Shown in pieces: positions 60,400 through 64,000 of a stretch of 64,000 nucleotides of DNA. This DNA comes from Candidatus Zhuqueibacterota bacterium (GTDB lineage Bacteria > Zhuqueibacterota > Zhuqueibacteria > Thermofontimicrobiales > Thiofontviventaceae). A program made the translations under genes and the position numbers. The stretch spans positions 1,842-65,841 of the forward strand of contig JAZBPW010000150.1 of NCBI GenBank assembly GCA_036351795.1, written 5' to 3'. Positions within the stretch are counted from its first letter, which is position 1. Each line of letters begins with the position of its first letter. A model generated the notes under the pieces. It searched no databases. It saw nothing but the letters and a program-made list of their open reading frames with translations, and was not told where the DNA came from.

Positions 60400-61590
60400 T
60401 CAATAGGCGGTGACAGACGTTTTTTCGTCTTTTGAAACGTCTTCGGCAGGCAATCGTATTTGATATCCCCGGGGCAGGCTCCTGTTTGCGGAGATGGCAG
60501 TGCTTCTGACCGCCGGATTGAGCCGCTTCATTTCATCAATATCCAGATCATACTCCTCGAGCAAGACGACCGTTTTCATGTGATCGGGCAATTTGATGAC
60601 CCGGTATTCTTCTGGTCTGTCCAGTTGCAGATCGGCAAAATAGGTCTCAACATTATTCGATACGATCAACGCAGCGATGAATTCGGCGTAGAAATTTCTG
60701 GATGCAAATTTGAAACTTTTACTTTCGTATCCGGCGACGATGGCCCCGATATCCCTTGTCCCCATCTTTTTCACTGCGCGTTTCATGCCTCGTAATCCAT
60801 GATTGTACGCCGTTAGTGCCAGCGGCCAGCTTCTCAGTTCCCGGTAGTTTCTCCGGAGCAATTTCGCAGCAGCCACTGTCGACTTTTCCGGGTCCAGGCG
60901 TTCATCCACTTTATAATTAATCGTCAGGAATTGCTTCCCCGTTGATCTTATAAACTGCCACATCCCGGCTGCACCATATTTCGAGTATGCTTTGATGTTG
61001 AAAGAAGATTCGACATGAGGAAGCGCTATCAACTCCGGGGGTAAAAGATACGCGTCGAATATCGCTTTCATCCTTCCGATATATCTTCCGGATCGTTTGA
61101 TTCCCTCCTCAAATGCTTCGCGGAATCCGTATTGCGAACGAACGCGGGATACTGCATCGGCATATAGATCCCCATCATTGGCGCAACCGAACAATCGATA
61201 TACCCTGAGCTCTTCTGCACCAAGCAGTGGGACTTCAAAACATCTTCTCTTCGCCAGCCGTTTCAGTATTTTTCTGTAACGATTCTCCAACTTATTGATG
61301 GCGCGTTTTCTATCTTTCTGAGATATCTTTTCATCATTGAAGAGAGTATCCAGATCAATGACTTCATAAATGATGTCCAGTCTCTTGTCATCATGAATGA
61401 TAATCGTATTTATGCCATAAGACGAATAGATGTTGATCCAGAATTCTACATTCGCTTTTATTTCATCGGGAATCGGAAACAACCGTTCATTGACAGGCGA
61501 CTCAACCGCGGAGACATTTCCGCTGAGCAGAATGAACAGGACCCAAATTAAATAGTATCGTATTTTCATTGCTCTCATAATATGATGCAT
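60400..61590 (-). CDS. Lytic transglycosylase (SLT domain, MltD-like) with a C-terminal LysM-like segment
   Basis: Signal peptide. 'LPHVESSFNIKAYSKYGAAGMWQFIRSTG' has the catalytic E-S and the A.G(L/M).Q motifs. Alternative ATGs at 61578 and 61569. Confidence 0.8.
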   Translation of the reverse strand: MHHIMRAMKIRYYLIWVLFILLSGNVSAVESPVNERLFPIPDEIKANVEFWINIYSSYGINTIIIHDDKRLDIIYEVIDLDTLFNDEKISQKDRKRAINKLENRYRKILKRLAKRRCFEVPLLGAEELRVYRLFGCANDGDLYADAVSRVRSQYGFREAFEEGIKRSGRYIGRMKAIFDAYLLPPELIALPHVESSFNIKAYSKYGAAGMWQFIRSTGKQFLTINYKVDERLDPEKSTVAAAKLLRRNYRELRSWPLALTAYNHGLRGMKRAVKKMGTRDIGAIVAGYESKSFKFASRNFYAEFIAALIVSNNVETYFADLQLDRPEEYRVIKLPDHMKTVVLLEEYDLDIDEMKRLNPAVRSTAISANRSLPRGYQIRLPAEDVSKDEKTSVTAY

Positions 61591-61602
61591 TTCTACAGGA
61601 TA

Positions 61603-61637
61603 TGAAAAACCCCTTGGTTAAATTCAAACCAAAGGGC
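61603..61637 (-). terminator. Rho-independent terminator after the M23 peptidase gene
   Basis: Minus-strand RNA: CCCUUUGGUU-UGAAUUU-AACCAAGGGG followed by UUUUUCAUAU. Confidence 0.7.
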
Positions 61638-61675
61638 ACTTAAATTTGACAACAAATGTGACGGAAGTCCGCGTG

Positions 61676-62599
61676 CTATTCCAGAATATAGAGCTCCGGG
61701 TTGACCCGTTTCGCATTTACAATCACTTCATAATGGAGATGGGGTCCAGTCGCCCGACCTGTCTTACCAACCTCGCCAATCACGTCCCAACGATTAACGA
61801 ATTGATTCAACCGGACGTGAACTTTGGACAAATGAGCGTATCTTGTCTTCATTCCATCACCATGCTCTACGACAACCTGTTTACCATAAGCCTGCTTTCG
61901 ATTCACAGAGTTACAGATAAACACAACCTTTCCTGCTGCTGATGCATGTACCGGGGTTCCGGTCATTGCCGCAATATCGAGCCCTAGATGATTTTTGATT
62001 TTTTCAACAAACGGGTCCAGTCGCATTCCAAAACGACCTGTAATTCGTCCTCCATCCACCGGCCTCACAGAAGGCGTGTGTTTAAGTTTTTCCTTATCCG
62101 CCTCAAGTCTTTTTTCAATCTCATCTTTACTGTTGATGAGAAGTTCAACCCGTCGTTCAAGCTGATCGATCATTGCTCTTGTTGTAAGGACATCTTCCTT
62201 GGTTTCATAGGGAAGAAGAGCTGCTTCCTCATTGTAATCGAGCGCTGTACCTCCCACACCAACATCACGCAAATCCTGATCAATTTCACCGAGACCGGCT
62301 ATCTTTCTTTCTTCATCATCCGTTGACTCAAGTTCTTCCACCTTTTTCTGAAATTCAGTGATCTTTGTCTGAATTTGATTCAATTGGTTTTCAAGGCTTA
62401 TGTTCGTTGAACTCAAATTATGAAGTTCTTTCGTATTGAAATAGTTCATAAAGCCTTTGATACCCGAACCGACAATCAGGACGATTGCCAAGATGAAAAG
62501 AGATGCATAAAAGAAGAGCTTTCCCCAGCTGATCTCGATATATTTGACTTCCGACCCCCCAAAAGAAAAATATATCAGCTTGATTCTTTTATCCCGCAT
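61676..62599 (-). CDS. M23-family peptidoglycan metalloendopeptidase with TM and coiled-coil regions (EnvC-like layout)
   Basis: ATG at 62599 has GAGGAG 6 nt upstream; the ORF-track start is a GTG at 62623. TM, then coiled coil, then the M23 motifs 'H.GLDIAA..GTPV.A...G.V' and 'TGPHLHYEV'. Confidence 0.85.
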   Translation of the reverse strand: MRDKRIKLIYFSFGGSEVKYIEISWGKLFFYASLFILAIVLIVGSGIKGFMNYFNTKELHNLSSTNISLENQLNQIQTKITEFQKKVEELESTDDEERKIAGLGEIDQDLRDVGVGGTALDYNEEAALLPYETKEDVLTTRAMIDQLERRVELLINSKDEIEKRLEADKEKLKHTPSVRPVDGGRITGRFGMRLDPFVEKIKNHLGLDIAAMTGTPVHASAAGKVVFICNSVNRKQAYGKQVVVEHGDGMKTRYAHLSKVHVRLNQFVNRWDVIGEVGKTGRATGPHLHYEVIVNAKRVNPELYILE

Positions 62600-62811
62600 A
62601 CCAATCTCCTCGTTTTTTCCCACTGAGGCGCCATATTACCCTGGGATTAGCAATATTCTCCTCTTTAAAGGCAGGAACAATCCACCAGTAAATAAAATCA
62701 GGTAACTATCAATATAAATAATAATTTTCTTATTGTCAAGAGAAAAATGTGATTTCAGATGAAAACCAATAAAAAAATTGATGTTGCGACGATTCCGGGC
62801 GCTTGCAAATG

Positions 62812-64000
62812 TCAACTTTGAAAAAACATGCCGCTGGCAAACTCTTCCTGGAAGTCCATGCGCGCAGCCAGTTCAATGTATCGCGTCACTTCGATAATAA
62901 CTTCAGTCTCTTTACGCGCGCTTGTCGATAGAAGAAATCTCTTTGCACCGACACTCGCGGCGTTTCCGACAAACTCGATGTACTCCGGATCGACATGGCT
63001 TGGAAACAGACCGATGCGCTGTGCATTGAATTTATTGATATATGTTCCGAATGCTCCGGCAATCAATATACTCTCGATATCACTCTCTTCGAGATTCAAT
63101 TCCTTGAGTAGTATTTTAATCCCCGCGATGAAAGCAGCTTTTGCTAACTGAAGTTCGCGGATATCTCTCTGACTCAATACGATCGTCTTTTTGTTGTTCA
63201 TCTCGTTCGCCTGCAATATCGTATAGGCGGTCCCGTCTTCGTCCTCCACGATCCTTTCATTGTGCCATTGCGCCTCCGGCTTATCGGACCTCACGATCTT
63301 TCCGCTTTCATCAATCAATCCATATCTGAGCAACTCAGCCACAATATCGATCAGGCCGGTTCCGCATATTCCTTTGGGCTCACCATTTTCTATCGTTTCA
63401 ATATATACAGAATCGTCCGCCAGCCGGATCTTCTCGATAGCCCCTGTCTCCGCCCGCATACCGCTACCTATATGGCCTCCTTCGAACGCCGGGCCTGCAG
63501 CCGCCGAACAACAGACCAGACCATTCTCCGATCCGAGTGCTATCTCTCCATTTGTGCCGATGTCTATGCTCAGAGTGACCTTGTCCCGTTTATGAAGATC
63601 ATAAGCCAGAATGAAACCGGTGATATCGCCTCCCACATATCCCGATATGTTGGGCAATATCATCACGCGGGCCCGTGGGATCAATGTCAGTCCCAACTCT
63701 TCAGCAGAATAGGATTGACATCTTCTGAAACTCGGGATGTAAGGCGATTCGCCGACATATTGCGGATTGACGCCCAACAGGATATGATTCATGATCGTAT
63801 TTCCGGCAATACTGATCTCATAGATTTCTCTTGTATTTACCCCAGCCTCTACAGCGAGATTCTCGATCACACTGTTGATCGCATCGATGACCAGCATCTG
63901 AAGTTTGCCGAGGCCTCCGGCTTCATTCATTGAAAAGTTGACGCGGGAGATGACATCCGCGCCATGAATATTCTGCGGATTCGTTACAGCCCCTGTAGCC
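62812..64000 (-). CDS. ASKHA-fold DUF4445 / RACo-like (corrinoid activation-type) protein, C-terminal part; 5' end lies outside the window
   Basis: The frame stays open upstream of the ORF-track Met to nt 64000 (..ATGAVTNPQNIHGADVISRVNFSMNE..). 'SIDIGTNGEIALG' and 'AAGPAFEGG.I..GM' fit the family. Confidence 0.75.
   Translation of the reverse strand, partial: ATGAVTNPQNIHGADVISRVNFSMNEAGGLGKLQMLVIDAINSVIENLAVEAGVNTREIYEISIAGNTIMNHILLGVNPQYVGESPYIPSFRRCQSYSAEELGLTLIPRARVMILPNISGYVGGDITGFILAYDLHKRDKVTLSIDIGTNGEIALGSENGLVCCSAAAGPAFEGGHIGSGMRAETGAIEKIRLADDSVYIETIENGEPKGICGTGLIDIVAELLRYGLIDESGKIVRSDKPEAQWHNERIVEDEDGTAYTILQANEMNNKKTIVLSQRDIRELQLAKAAFIAGIKILLKELNLEESDIESILIAGAFGTYINKFNAQRIGLFPSHVDPEYIEFVGNAASVGAKRFLLSTSARKETEVIIEVTRYIELAARMDFQEEFASGMFFQS

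Overview
This 64-kb window looks chromosomal. It holds about 50 protein genes at high coding density. I saw no rRNA, tRNA, CRISPR array, integrase or transposase. The source is probably an uncultivated FCB-superphylum-like Gram-negative bacterium (inference): two proteins end in the T9SS type-A sorting tail (..QNYPNPFN..), and the window also has GWxTD, PEGA and NamZ/AmgK/MurU genes plus many exported repeat proteins.

Content from left to right:
- purC 3' end, psd-pssA, a DUF4321 gene and two tatA paralogs.
- A long minus-strand run of envelope and secreted proteins: FGE-family lipoprotein, 6xPEGA protein, T9SS cargo, HNH nuclease, DEDDh exonuclease and a beta-propeller protein.
- Upstream of that run, an 8.2-kb gene for a 2743-aa T9SS-targeted protein. 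It carries 4 InlB-B-type repeats, 2 Asp-box (BNR) modules, a PKD module and four malectin modules spaced in an exact 1080-nt super-repeat.
- An ECF sigma/anti-sigma-led cluster in which two GWxTD proteins flank a zincin-PD40-Omp85 fusion. This is my top candidate for an undescribed system.
- A NodB deacetylase, prmA and a lipid kinase.
- An operon of an amgK-like kinase, a stand-alone RapZ C-terminal domain and a murU-like gene.
- A citrate-lyase-type cluster (citF, fused citD-citE) next to maeB and a leuCD-type dehydratase.
- A GH13 enzyme.
- An operon of namZ, pyruvoyl arginine decarboxylase, a deoxyhypusine-synthase-like gene and agmatinase.
- Cell-wall hydrolases, then the 3' part of a RACo/DUF4445-type gene.

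Several ORF-track starts are non-ATG over-extensions. I trimmed them using SD motifs, signal peptides and neighbouring stop codons.
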